NCBI GenBank assembly: GCA_016839765.1
Contig: JAEOTP010000016.1
Location: 1 to 64,000, forward strand
Direction: 5' to 3'
Length of the DNA stretch: 64,000 bases
Source: Promethearchaeota archaeon
Lineage (GTDB): Archaea; Asgardarchaeota; Lokiarchaeia; Sigyniarchaeales; SOKP01
Shown here: piece after piece, positions 1 through 9,512 of the stretch
Layout of the letters: each line of letters begins with the position of its first letter
Numbering within the stretch: position 1 is the stretch's first letter
The notes under the pieces: generated by a model
Databases searched by the model: none
The model's input: only the letters and a program-made list of their open reading frames with translations
What the model was told of the DNA's origin: nothing
Program-made: the position numbers and the translations under genes

Positions 1-598
1 CTTCCTCCATAGCTAATTTATGCAACTTCAATACATATTCTGTACGTATATCTATAAGCTTGCTAGACCGTTTCTTATCAAAATATAGAAAAACCGGTTC
101 ATCTATATATGACAAGTATTCATCATAGGTATCTTTAGCCTTACCAATATCGCCCAACTGGCTTTCAAGAAGGTCTAATAATGGACCTAAATAATCTAAC
201 AACTTTTTTATATTATAACTCATTTTTCGGTAATTGAAGATCTCCATTTTATAAAACTGCTGAAGTTCCTGAGGATCTTCTGAAAGAGACATCTTATCTA
301 TCTCTACTTCCTTTTCTTTAAATTTTGGATTAATTTGATATATCTTTGGTGGTATTCTTCCTTTCACAACTTCTTTTGCTATTTTTGATATGAGAAGTCC
401 GTCTTTTTCCATTAGCTTAAGATGTCTAGCAACAGTTGTTTTACTTTGTTCAACATAGTGAGTAATTTGAGTAACATTCAATTCGTTATGGAGTTCAAGG
501 ATAGCCCAAATTTCGAATCGTAACTTATGCTTAGTTATCAATTGATCCCATTGATCTTTAGGAATATTACTATTTTTCGCATTCAATATATCTTTCAT
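1..598 (-). CDS. ArsR-like winged-HTH transcriptional regulator (runs off the window; not in ORF track)
   Basis: Hand translation from ATG at 598: MKDILNAKNSNIPKDQWDQLITKHKLRFEIWAILELHNELNVTQITHYVEQSKTTVARHLKLMEKDGLL, a typical ArsR wHTH pattern. Confidence 0.8.
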   Translation of the reverse strand, partial: MKDILNAKNSNIPKDQWDQLITKHKLRFEIWAILELHNELNVTQITHYVEQSKTTVARHLKLMEKDGLLISKIAKEVVKGRIPPKIYQINPKFKEKEVEIDKMSLSEDPQELQQFYKMEIFNYRKMSYNIKKLLDYLGPLLDLLESQLGDIGKAKDTYDEYLSYIDEPVFLYFDKKRSSKLIDIRTEYVLKLHKLAMEE

Positions 599-861
599 AC
601 CCCTTTCAAAATTGAACGTTAGTTTATTACTTAAGTCTCAATTATTCCCTTGAATATTACCTTTTTAACTTTTTAATTAATATGACTTTGATAAGTATCC
701 ATAAAACGTTATTAATTTTTAATCTTATATAATATATAATCTTTTGAAATATAAAAGCTTGATCAAAATATTTAAATATGAGACGTTCTGATTTATATAT
801 GGTTATGGCACGATCAAGTGCTATAATATTTTTTTTAAAAAAAAATAGAGTATGAAGAAAA

Positions 862-1545
862 ATGAATAAAACCAAATCAAAAAAGATTTTGTATGGACTT
901 CTAGCTCTGGGGCTCATATTTTTAAGCTTCCCCTCAGTAGTACACGCATGGGGGGATCGAAGACGAGTGACCTATAGGCCATTAAGCGATTGGACACTAA
1001 ATAATCCCCGTGTGCTTTTAGGATCTACTACTAATTGGGATCTCCTCCCAGAAGGTTGGATAATACGTCCTAATTCTGCAGTTGAAGATAATGGGCACTA
1101 TTGTGGTTATATACGTGAAAAGGTATTGGATGATGGACGAGCCGAACTCACAGTCTATATCGTTGGAAAAGACAGCCCTAGATCAATATATCGCTTATCA
1201 GAATGGTTTGATTATTGGTACGTACCAGACACGCCATGGCCCGAAGATATTCTTGAAAATGTAAAGATGGACTTCTTCACGATATTAAAATTTATCCTTC
1301 CAAAACCTAACGATGAGATACCTTTCTTATTTGATTTATTTGATGAACCGAATGAGTGGGTGTCACAAATGATAATTGGTACTGCCTCTGGAACATTCAC
1401 AGACCATGCTGGGGCTTTTGGACCAGCCCCAGGATTTACTCCAGGGGAAGAGGGTAGAGTATTCATATTCCAAGTTAATTATATAAATGAAGATGGCGAA
1501 GAAGTCTGGCCTTACGAAATAGTAAATGTTTATGAAGTAGGTTAG
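862..1545 (+). CDS. Secreted hypothetical protein
   Basis: 227 aa; basic N-terminus, hydrophobic stretch and VVHA|WG signal-peptide-like cleavage site. Confidence 0.75.
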   Translation: MNKTKSKKILYGLLALGLIFLSFPSVVHAWGDRRRVTYRPLSDWTLNNPRVLLGSTTNWDLLPEGWIIRPNSAVEDNGHYCGYIREKVLDDGRAELTVYIVGKDSPRSIYRLSEWFDYWYVPDTPWPEDILENVKMDFFTILKFILPKPNDEIPFLFDLFDEPNEWVSQMIIGTASGTFTDHAGAFGPAPGFTPGEEGRVFIFQVNYINEDGEEVWPYEIVNVYEVG

Positions 1546-1608
1546 AAATAAGATTAAAAGGGACGAATCAGGTGAAGGTTTAAATTTTAAATTTAAAATA
1601 TGGAAAAA

Positions 1609-1668
1609 GGAGGAAGTAGTTTAGATAAATGGCTTCTCGATAAACCACACCTAAACCAATTATCCTCC
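1609..1668 (-). ncRNA. Candidate long-hairpin RNA element
   Basis: Minus strand pairs GGAGGA/UCCUCC, UGGUUUAGGUG/UAUCUAAACUA and UGGUUU/AAGCCA; the G-U pairs work only on the minus strand; TTTAAATA about 40 nt upstream and a U5 tract just downstream. Confidence 0.35.
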
Positions 1669-1856
1669 TATTCTGTATATCTTTTTTTTATTTTAATAAT
1701 TTACTTATTTAAAGCGGTTTCAATTATTTTCTACTTCTTAATTTCTTCTAAATCTTTTTCGGGGTTATCCCAGAAAATTTTATATGAAATAAGCGGTAAG
1801 TATCAATTCCAGCGAAAATAATTAAATATAAATATTTAGGAGTATGAAGATTTTAT

Positions 1857-2321
1857 ATGGTTGAAGTAAAACAAGAGCTTTTAGCTCCATGTGGATTGTA
1901 CTGTGGTGTTTGTTCAATTTATATCGCACATAGAGATAATAATATGAAATTTAAACAAGTATTATTTCCTGTGTATAAGGCTTTTGCAAAAACAGTAGAT
2001 GAGATCGCTTGTACAGGATGTTTATCTGATGGAATTGTTTTTCCAGTTTGTAGAGCATGTTCTATTAAAAAATGTTGTAGCGAAAAAAATATTGATGGCT
2101 GTTATCAATGCGATGACTTTCCATGTAAATTTATCGATAATTTTCCAATCCCTGTTGCCAAAAAGGTAATGATGCGAACAATACCATTTTGGAGAGAACA
2201 TGGCACAGAAAAATTTGTAGAAGAGGAAGAGAAAAGATATCATTGTCCAACTTGTGGAAGTCCATTATTTAGAGGAGCGAAACGTTGTAATAAATGCAAA
2301 ACTGAAGTTGACGTTGATTAA
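1857..2321 (+). CDS. DUF3795-family Cys-rich protein with C-terminal zinc ribbon
   Basis: APCGLYCGVC...CTGC...C..C.IKKC...GCYQCDDFPC plus CPTC/CNKC. Confidence 0.85.
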   Translation: MVEVKQELLAPCGLYCGVCSIYIAHRDNNMKFKQVLFPVYKAFAKTVDEIACTGCLSDGIVFPVCRACSIKKCCSEKNIDGCYQCDDFPCKFIDNFPIPVAKKVMMRTIPFWREHGTEKFVEEEEKRYHCPTCGSPLFRGAKRCNKCKTEVDVD

Positions 2322-2349
2322 AAATATATATTAAAAAAATAGAAATTTT

Positions 2350-2562
2350 TTATCTATTATTATTTAAACTACTTTTTAAGAGCATTTTAAAACATGTATC
2401 GTCTAAATCAGCATACATTTTCAGTTCATCATCCAGAAAATCTCTTAAAGCGGTCCTTATTGCTTCACTTCTTGAGGGGTATACGCCCAAATCATTTAAG
2501 GTTTTAATTGCCGCTAAATACTTTTCAGGTAGATTTATAGTGATTATCTTCATTTTTATCAA
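2350..2562 (-). CDS. CopG/NikR-type ribbon-helix-helix regulator
   Basis: MKIITINLPE...GVYPSRSEAIRTALRD. Confidence 0.85.
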   Translation of the reverse strand: MIKMKIITINLPEKYLAAIKTLNDLGVYPSRSEAIRTALRDFLDDELKMYADLDDTCFKMLLKSSLNNNR

Positions 2563-2733
2563 CCCTTAATAAATTAAAAATAGAAATTTTACATTATAGT
2601 GGTTTAATTAATAAATATATTTTTTCGGATTATATAAGTCAGTTCTATTAATCCTTTAATGGTGTTAATGGCTTAATTTTTAACGAATATTTTGCATTAC
2701 AGTTCATACAAAAATTTCTAAAAATCTTTTAAT

Positions 2734-3486
2734 CTAATAGAGTTTATTAAATGATTTTATATGCGAAACTAAAGAGTATGCTGATTTATATAATTCTGAA
2801 TGACTAATATCTTTAATATCTTTTAGAAATTTAAGAGTATAATCTTCCTCACGCTTGATATATGTAATATTTCTTGTTTTCTGTTCATAATCTAGGTAAA
2901 CATCGATTTTTAAAACGTTTTCCTTCAATTTTCCTGGTAATTGAGGCATCATATTAAAAGTAAAGATTAAATCAGGATCCGATTTAATTTTTGCATCAAT
3001 AACAAAAACAGTGTTAGGTTGTAAATAAGAGATAAATGATTCCATAGAATGGAATAGATCATCAACTTTTATTGTTAATTTGGAATTATCTAATGCACTA
3101 CAATCACTAATTAAAGGAAAGGAAAATTTTTCTTTACCTCTAAATGCTAGAGCCATCTCATTGGAATTTAAATACTTTTTAAAAGTTTCATGGTCTTTTT
3201 CTAAGAGATATTTGTCTGATATAGGATCACTTTTACAGTAAATTATCATTACACCAGCAGATAGTAGATTTATCTTTTGAAAGTATATCTTATATTCCGG
3301 ACTATAAGGCAGATTAATTATTTCTTTACTTCCTCCTAATCCAAGTTGAGACATTAAATCCATTGGCACTTGACTTGTGAGTGTAAATAAAAGATAGGAC
3401 CTAAAATTCTCCAATTCAATAAAATTAGTAAAATCTTTAAAATTTTGATTAACAATATCAATTTTTTCTTTAAACTTCTGAGACAT
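2734..3486 (-). CDS. Hypothetical protein
   Basis: 250-aa ORF with no recognised motif. Confidence 0.7.
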   Translation of the reverse strand: MSQKFKEKIDIVNQNFKDFTNFIELENFRSYLLFTLTSQVPMDLMSQLGLGGSKEIINLPYSPEYKIYFQKINLLSAGVMIIYCKSDPISDKYLLEKDHETFKKYLNSNEMALAFRGKEKFSFPLISDCSALDNSKLTIKVDDLFHSMESFISYLQPNTVFVIDAKIKSDPDLIFTFNMMPQLPGKLKENVLKIDVYLDYEQKTRNITYIKREEDYTLKFLKDIKDISHSELYKSAYSLVSHIKSFNKLY

Positions 3487-3546
3487 TTTACTATATTAAA
3501 AACTAATTATTTAATTAATTCACTGAAAGAATGATATTAATTAAAT

Positions 3547-4008
3547 TTATTCCAAATAATTAGAAAGAAATTTCTTAAGAGATTTTTTTACATCTTGGGT
3601 AATATGATGCTCAATCTCATGTGATACATTCTCAATTAATTGATTATCTTCAATTTTTAATACGTTCTTGAAAAATGCTCTTAATAATTCATGGATTTCA
3701 TCTAATTGAATCGCAATGTTTTTTCCTTCTTCAGTGAGTCGTATAGCTTTTCTAGGTTCCCATTTAATATAACCTTTGCTTTTTAATTTATCAAGCATAC
3801 CTGAGACTGAGGCAGGTTCAACATCGAGCGCCTCAGCTATTTCTTTATTTGAGACCCAACCTCCTCTTTTTTTCTTAGAAATTTCATAAATAACATCTAT
3901 ATATCTTTGATAACTTTCTCTAACATCCAAAATATCTAAAAGATCTTTATCACTACTATTTGTCATCTTATTAGATGAATTAAAAATTTTTGTAATGTAT
4001 AATATCAA
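3547..4008 (-). CDS. DtxR/MntR-family metal-dependent repressor
   Basis: EIAEALDVEPASVSGMLDKL HTH, IRLTEEG, HELL...HEIEH metal-site pattern; true start probably the later Met (MTNSS). Confidence 0.9.
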   Translation of the reverse strand: MILYITKIFNSSNKMTNSSDKDLLDILDVRESYQRYIDVIYEISKKKRGGWVSNKEIAEALDVEPASVSGMLDKLKSKGYIKWEPRKAIRLTEEGKNIAIQLDEIHELLRAFFKNVLKIEDNQLIENVSHEIEHHITQDVKKSLKKFLSNYLE

Positions 4009-4067
4009 TAATTATTCATTACTCTTTTTAATTTTGTTATAAAAAGAAATAAAAACTCATTAATTAA

Positions 4068-4661
4068 ATGATATTGATGAAAAAAAAATTCGCTGGTACT
4101 CTATTTCTTGTAGTTGGAAATTCTGGTTCTGGAAAAGATTCAACAATACAAGGAGCTGTCAAAAAATATCCTAATGATCTAAAAAAATTATATGTTCCAA
4201 AAAGGTATATCACACGACCTCCATCCAAAACGGAAGAAAACATCTCAATTTCGCCCGTAGAATTCAAAATGATGTCTAAAGAAGGAAAATTTGCCCTTAA
4301 ATGGCATATTTATGGATTAGACTATGGGATACCTATTGAAATTGATGAGAAGCTTAAAAACGGTCATCCTGTAGTTGTAAATGTAAGTAGAACTATAATT
4401 CCAGAAGCAAGAGAAAGGTATGAAAATATTAAAGTCATATTTATCGAAGTTCCATTTGATATTACCTTAAAACGCCTTAAAGAACGAACTAGAGAAATAG
4501 GAAAAAGGTTAGAAGAAAGAATAGAAAGAGCAAGAAATAATCAACAATTTTCAGAAGCAGATTTTATAGTTAATAATTCTGGTCTTCTTGATAATGCAAT
4601 TGATCAATTTTTAGATTATGTGATAAAAGTTGTTAAAGAAGTTAAAAGTGGAATGGAATAA
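4068..4661 (+). CDS. phnN: Ribose 1,5-bisphosphate phosphokinase PhnN-like (guanylate kinase fold)
   Basis: VVGNSGSGKDS P-loop, RYITRP, FALKWHIYGLDYGIP, VVNVSR. Confidence 0.8.
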   Translation: MILMKKKFAGTLFLVVGNSGSGKDSTIQGAVKKYPNDLKKLYVPKRYITRPPSKTEENISISPVEFKMMSKEGKFALKWHIYGLDYGIPIEIDEKLKNGHPVVVNVSRTIIPEARERYENIKVIFIEVPFDITLKRLKERTREIGKRLEERIERARNNQQFSEADFIVNNSGLLDNAIDQFLDYVIKVVKEVKSGME

Positions 4662-4734
4662 AAAAAATAAAATAAAATTTTTTTATTAACAAGAATTATA
4701 TTTTTTTGTATTTAGATATTAGATTCTAAATGAT

Positions 4735-4868
4735 GGCTCGGTTCGTATAGTGGTTAGTATTGGGGACGATTCTTGAAAAATATTCAAGAATCCCCACTGT
4801 GAATCCTTAGTGATTGGGGGAATTTCTCTCCTTTCGGGGAAACGGGGGTTCGATTCCCCCACCGAGCC
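4735..4868 (+). tRNA. tRNA-His(GUG) with encoded G-1 and two BHB introns (4768-4797 at 32/33; 4811-4841 in the variable loop, 45/46)
   Basis: Acceptor G-1+GCTCGGT/ACCGAGC+C73; D arm GTAT..GTAT; T arm GGGGG-TTCGATT-CCCCC; after splicing, anticodon arm GGGGA-CTGTGAA-TCCTT and variable loop AGAC. Confidence 0.9.
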
Positions 4869-4987
4869 CTTCTTAATCTATAATTTCTATTTTTTGTTTT
4901 AAATTTAAGTATAATTACATAAAATGGAAGATTAAAATCTGTAGAATTATTTTCTTATATAACTGATACTAATTAATATTTGTAATT

Positions 4988-5443
4988 ATGGGGATATTAG
5001 ATCAAGAAAAACTTAGAGACATTCCAGGATGGGAAAAAAATGCGCCCATTCATATTTGTATGGATGCTGATTATCGAGGATTGACATTTTGTTGTAAACC
5101 AGGGCATTCACTAACATTTGGCATTAAGTGTAAAAGAGATCAAATTCTTGATGAGATCGGAATGACCCCACAGGAATTTATTAAGATTAAAGAGGAATTT
5201 TCAAAAGAAAATCAATGGAATTCAGATTTAGTATGTTTTGGATCACTTTCTTATTGTTGTATGAGGAGAGGAGGCTGCCCAAGGAGAGATCCTGCTTTAG
5301 AGTTAAGATATCCTAATAAATCAAAGGAAGAGAGGATGAGAAAATATTTTCAAAAGAAGAAAGAGTTAGCAAAGAGAATTTTAGAAGCTGTAAATGATTC
5401 AAAAGGAAGAGAGAAAGTTAAGCCATATTTAAAATTTTTATAA
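4988..5443 (+). CDS. Methanogenesis marker 9 domain-like Cys-rich protein
   Basis: W..NAPIHIC..D.RGLTFCC...CFGSLSYCC...CPRRD pattern. Confidence 0.7.
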   Translation: MGILDQEKLRDIPGWEKNAPIHICMDADYRGLTFCCKPGHSLTFGIKCKRDQILDEIGMTPQEFIKIKEEFSKENQWNSDLVCFGSLSYCCMRRGGCPRRDPALELRYPNKSKEERMRKYFQKKKELAKRILEAVNDSKGREKVKPYLKFL

Positions 5444-5465
5444 ACTTCATTTTTATTAAGGTAAA

Positions 5466-6425
5466 ATGATAATTTCAATAACTCATGAGCATGATTTAGA
5501 TGGATTAGGATCTCAAGCAATTATAAAAAGATATTTTGATTTCTTTTATACTGGAGAAAAGCAAGAATTTAAGCAATTCTTCGCTCATTATTTGGATTTT
5601 GTTGAAAAAGTTAAAAAAATCTTAACTTCAGATTATCTCCCTTCTCAATTAATTATTACAGATATTGGTTTTAATGAGGATTTTAAAGAACTATTCCCAA
5701 AATTGGAAGAAGCAAAAAAAAAAGACTGCAGGATACTATGGTTTGACCATCACTTAGTTAGTAATGAGATTAAAGAAAAAATTAAACATTTCACATTTCT
5801 TTATATGAATGATCCCTTGAGTTGTGCTGCCGAAATAGTTAAAGATTATTATTTGCCAAATGACTTAATTGCTATAAAAATAGCAGAATTAGCAAGGGAT
5901 TCAGATTTTAAAACTAATAAATTTCAATTCGCTGATGATTTGCAATTAATTATTGGATATAACCGTGGTGACAGTAAATTTCAAGAAAAATTTAAATTGG
6001 TTTCCTTATTATCTAGGGGAGATTTTCAAGAACCCTGGTTTAATACTCAATTAAAGGAGTTAAAAAGTTGGTTTAATGAAGAATCATTTTTTGCCATAAA
6101 TCAAGCTAAAATTGTTAATATAAAGGATTTTGGGGATTTGGCTATTTCATTTGCAAGAATTAGTGGAGGAAAAATTACTGATTTACTTAAAAAAGAATTT
6201 CCAAAAATGAGAGCATATATAGGAATCGATACGAGATTTGATGAAATCATTATAAATAGCGAATACATTAATTGTAGAGACTTTGCCATTGAGTTTAATG
6301 GTGGAGGCCATAAATCAAGGGCAGGATTTAAGTATAAACAAATTTTTTCAGAAAAAGGAGTAATAAATCAACAATTTATTCAAGATATTAAAATGAAATT
6401 TACTAAATTTAAAACTAAATACTGA
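5466..6425 (+). CDS. DHH/DHHA1 phosphoesterase (nanoRNase-like)
   Basis: H.DLDG, ITD, FDHH and C-terminal GGGH..AG motifs. Confidence 0.9.
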   Translation: MIISITHEHDLDGLGSQAIIKRYFDFFYTGEKQEFKQFFAHYLDFVEKVKKILTSDYLPSQLIITDIGFNEDFKELFPKLEEAKKKDCRILWFDHHLVSNEIKEKIKHFTFLYMNDPLSCAAEIVKDYYLPNDLIAIKIAELARDSDFKTNKFQFADDLQLIIGYNRGDSKFQEKFKLVSLLSRGDFQEPWFNTQLKELKSWFNEESFFAINQAKIVNIKDFGDLAISFARISGGKITDLLKKEFPKMRAYIGIDTRFDEIIINSEYINCRDFAIEFNGGGHKSRAGFKYKQIFSEKGVINQQFIQDIKMKFTKFKTKY

Positions 6426-6486
6426 TCAATAAATTAAGATATTACGAAGGGATATATTGAAAAAATATTTAGATATTTCAATTTAA

Positions 6487-6507
6487 TCGTGAAGATACGT
6501 TTCACGA
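6487..6507. promoter_or_regulatory. Inverted repeat, possible operator
   Basis: TCGTGAA-gatacgt-TTCACGA in intergenic DNA. Confidence 0.3.
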
Positions 6508-6642
6508 AATCCTCTGAAAAGAACCTAATTAAATCGACACATTTTTTTTATTTGAGAACATTTATGAAATTTATAACTTACTTTTTTGACGAATGATAAA
6601 ACACAAATTTTTTAAATAACAAAAGTTAAAATACAATTTAAT

Positions 6643-6786
6643 ATGCAGTGGGAAAAAGTTATTTCACACGGATACAGAGAAGATTTGTATATTTATAAAG
6701 TCTTGACGCCTCATAATGAGACTGCAGATGACGACAAAAAAATTTTAAAAAATATTCTTTTAGTAGAAATTGGTAGAGAGGAATAA
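6643..6786 (+). CDS. Small hypothetical protein (47 aa, below ORF-track cut-off)
   Basis: MQWEKVISHGYREDLYIYKVLTPHNETADDDKKILKNILLVEIGREE*; ATG start, TTTAAATA about 30 nt upstream, converges on hsp20. Confidence 0.4.
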   Translation: MQWEKVISHGYREDLYIYKVLTPHNETADDDKKILKNILLVEIGREE

Positions 6787-6795
6787 GATAAGGGT

Positions 6796-7464
6796 TTAAT
6801 CTCCAATTTCTATATTAGTCGTTTTTTCATCAATTCTTTTTAATTTAATTTCAAGGATCCCATTAACATATCGTGCTTTAGCGTAATCAGAATTGATTGC
6901 GGAAGGCAATTTTACTTCCTTAAAATATTTTCTTTTTGATTCTGGCTTAGTTGATATTGTTAAAGAATCTGTTTTTGCTTCTAATAGTATATCATCTCTA
7001 GTAACACCAGGCATTTCTGCTATTATAATAAGGTGATTTTCATCTTGATTAACTTCTACCATTGGTTCTCTTTTTTTTTTCACCTTTGTTTTGCCCGTGT
7101 AAGATTCGGGCTTTATATTACCAAAAGAATCAACAATTGGTTTTCCATCTGGTCCAGATGTTATATTAAAGCCATACATTATTGGTTCTTTAAAAAATTT
7201 CGATCGGTTCTTCCAAATCTCTCTTGTAAATTCTTCTGGAGAGAGTTTTTCTAGATCTTTGGGTAAACTTTTGGATATTTGCTTAAAAATTTCTTTAAAG
7301 ATATGTTGAAATTGTTCTGAATTAAAAACTTTATTAATATCTACATCTTTAAAAAATTTTTTTGGGTCACCAAACAATTTGAATAAATCGATTGGATCCT
7401 TATAATCATCTTCCTCATCCTCGTCTTCATTTCTATCTTTTGGTGGCATGAACTCACAACTCAT
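6796..7464 (-). CDS. hsp20: Archaeal small heat-shock protein Hsp20
   Basis: YGFNITSGPDGKP..FGN, REPMVEV, AEMPGV, ARYVNGILEI alpha-crystallin domain. Confidence 0.92.
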   Translation of the reverse strand: MSCEFMPPKDRNEDEDEEDDYKDPIDLFKLFGDPKKFFKDVDINKVFNSEQFQHIFKEIFKQISKSLPKDLEKLSPEEFTREIWKNRSKFFKEPIMYGFNITSGPDGKPIVDSFGNIKPESYTGKTKVKKKREPMVEVNQDENHLIIIAEMPGVTRDDILLEAKTDSLTISTKPESKRKYFKEVKLPSAINSDYAKARYVNGILEIKLKRIDEKTTNIEIGD

Positions 7465-7687
7465 TTACATATGTATAGATATTATGTTCAATTAAATTTT
7501 TAAATTTGAATTTAAATATAAATACATAAAGTTAAAAAGTTAATAGCTTATATTCTAGAAAAAATTGTTTAGATTAATAAAGTTATTCCAAATAAAAATT
7601 TTGTAATTTTATATTAAAAATATTTGAGAGTGGATTGTTATTTATTCTGATTTAGATGAGGATGAGAAGGAACTTTATCTTGATGTT

Positions 7688-9451
7688 TTGAGAGAGGCGC
7701 CTTTATTACCTTTTTCTAATTTCGTATCGCGTGGGGATATTCCCGACCGGATCGATATTGCAAGACCAAGAAGTTATATTGATCGTGAAGTTTATCGGCT
7801 TGTTCGTCAAACTTATAGAGATAAATCATCACGATTAATACCAATTTTAGGATCAGCTGGTACGGGCAAAACACACGCATATCATTCCTTTAAAGATAAA
7901 GAACGAGAAAATAGAAAAAAATTAGAACAAGTTACTGAAGAAGAAGAAATCGAAGTTAGTCAATTAGAGCCCGTAGATTGGAGTATCGTCTATGTTCCTA
8001 GCCCTCCAGCAAGTATTAGAGTTTTGCTACATGTATATACCTGTATGATTGAAGAATTAGGTGCTGAAATTCTTGATGTTGTCTCAGAAAGATTAGTAAA
8101 GGACAAATGGGGTGGTAAGAAAGGAGGAATCTTTCAAAAACCTAAAATTGATGAGGTTATTCAGAAAGGAATAAGAGAATTTCCTGGTGTTTTTGCAGAT
8201 TGTGTAAAAGCATTAGTATTATACCAACTAGATAAAAACAAAAAGGCTTTAGCAGAAAGATGGCTGCTTGGTGAAGATTTAGAAGATGACGAATTAAATG
8301 AATTAGGAATCAACAGTGTTGTTGAGGAAGATGATGTCTGTTTAGCCATGATTAAAATCATCACAGACAACTTAGATAGAGTTCTTATTCTTTATTTTGA
8401 CGAGCTTGAATCGCCATATCGTATGCTTGGTGAAACAGCTGAGCAAAAATTTTTGGAAATCTTAAAAAGATTATATAATGAAGTAAAGGGGCTAGTTATT
8501 ACCATTGCTGTTTTAAAAGAAATATGGCCTCGGATTTTAGAAATAGCAGATCCACCTTTACGTTCAAGAATGGAACCTGAACAAGATTTAAAACCATTTA
8601 GCTTAAATGATTTAAAGATCTTCTATTCAAGGACTATGGAGGCTTTTTGGGACAATAATAATTTGAATCCTCCGCTTTATCCTTTGTTTCCTATAAATGA
8701 AAAAATAATAGAAATGATTTATGAAAAAACGCAAGGAAACCCAAGAAATTCTATAAAGCTTTGCAGGAGATTCATCGATAAAGTGGTGATGGAAGAAATG
8801 ACTATAGAAGAATTAATGAAAGCTGGTTCAGAAATAGTTGCTTCCCCTAGGCCCCCAACCATGGAAACTGAAGAGGAAGTAATCGATTTTTCAAAACCAA
8901 GAGAAATTGTTAAGAAAACTATAGAAGAAATTTTAGCAGAAGAAGAATATGCGATAGATGTTAATCCCTCCTCTGTAGCTGGAGCAGCACTAAAAAGTAT
9001 TATCAAGGTCGGTGAAGAAAAAAGTATAAAATTTAAAACACAAATGGAATTTAAATTCAAGTTGGGTAAAAGAAGCCAAACTTTAGCAGCTCTAATTGAC
9101 ACAAAAGATAAAAAATGGGGCTTAGAAATCCCATCAATAAAAACTTTTGATAGAAGCGCGGGGGTTGCGGGTTATTATGCTGCAAAACGATTGAAAGACG
9201 CTATTGATGAAAATGCTATTGACGCTGCAATTTTAATAGTGCCAACAGGAAGTAGTGGAGCTAAATTTGAAATGATATTAGACAACAATCCAAACATCCG
9301 TAAAGTAGAGATCAATAATGAGTTAGGCGAACAATTAATTGCTAATGCATTATCTTATCCTACTAAGGAAGGATGGGAGATTGCAAAAATTATATTTCCA
9401 GATATAGGAGATTATAAGCCTCCTGAGGAAGAAACCCCTTCAGAAGATTAA
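7688..9451 (+). CDS. AAA+-like P-loop ATPase with C-terminal alpha/beta domain; frame is open upstream to 7628
   Basis: GSAGTGKT Walker A, LYFDELE Walker B, LRSR arginine finger, GNPR sensor-2. Confidence 0.85.
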   Translation: MREAPLLPFSNFVSRGDIPDRIDIARPRSYIDREVYRLVRQTYRDKSSRLIPILGSAGTGKTHAYHSFKDKERENRKKLEQVTEEEEIEVSQLEPVDWSIVYVPSPPASIRVLLHVYTCMIEELGAEILDVVSERLVKDKWGGKKGGIFQKPKIDEVIQKGIREFPGVFADCVKALVLYQLDKNKKALAERWLLGEDLEDDELNELGINSVVEEDDVCLAMIKIITDNLDRVLILYFDELESPYRMLGETAEQKFLEILKRLYNEVKGLVITIAVLKEIWPRILEIADPPLRSRMEPEQDLKPFSLNDLKIFYSRTMEAFWDNNNLNPPLYPLFPINEKIIEMIYEKTQGNPRNSIKLCRRFIDKVVMEEMTIEELMKAGSEIVASPRPPTMETEEEVIDFSKPREIVKKTIEEILAEEEYAIDVNPSSVAGAALKSIIKVGEEKSIKFKTQMEFKFKLGKRSQTLAALIDTKDKKWGLEIPSIKTFDRSAGVAGYYAAKRLKDAIDENAIDAAILIVPTGSSGAKFEMILDNNPNIRKVEINNELGEQLIANALSYPTKEGWEIAKIIFPDIGDYKPPEEETPSED

Positions 9452-9512
9452 GAAAGTTAATGTAAAGAAAATATTATTTTTTCTACTTTTTAATACTTAA
9501 TTGTCTTATTAT

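Noticed and set aside
4768-4797. Hairpin read as the tRNA anticodon arm (e.g. TGA/Ser)
   Set aside because: Its geometry fits an intron hairpin; G-1:C73 and the spliced CTGTGAA loop identify His.
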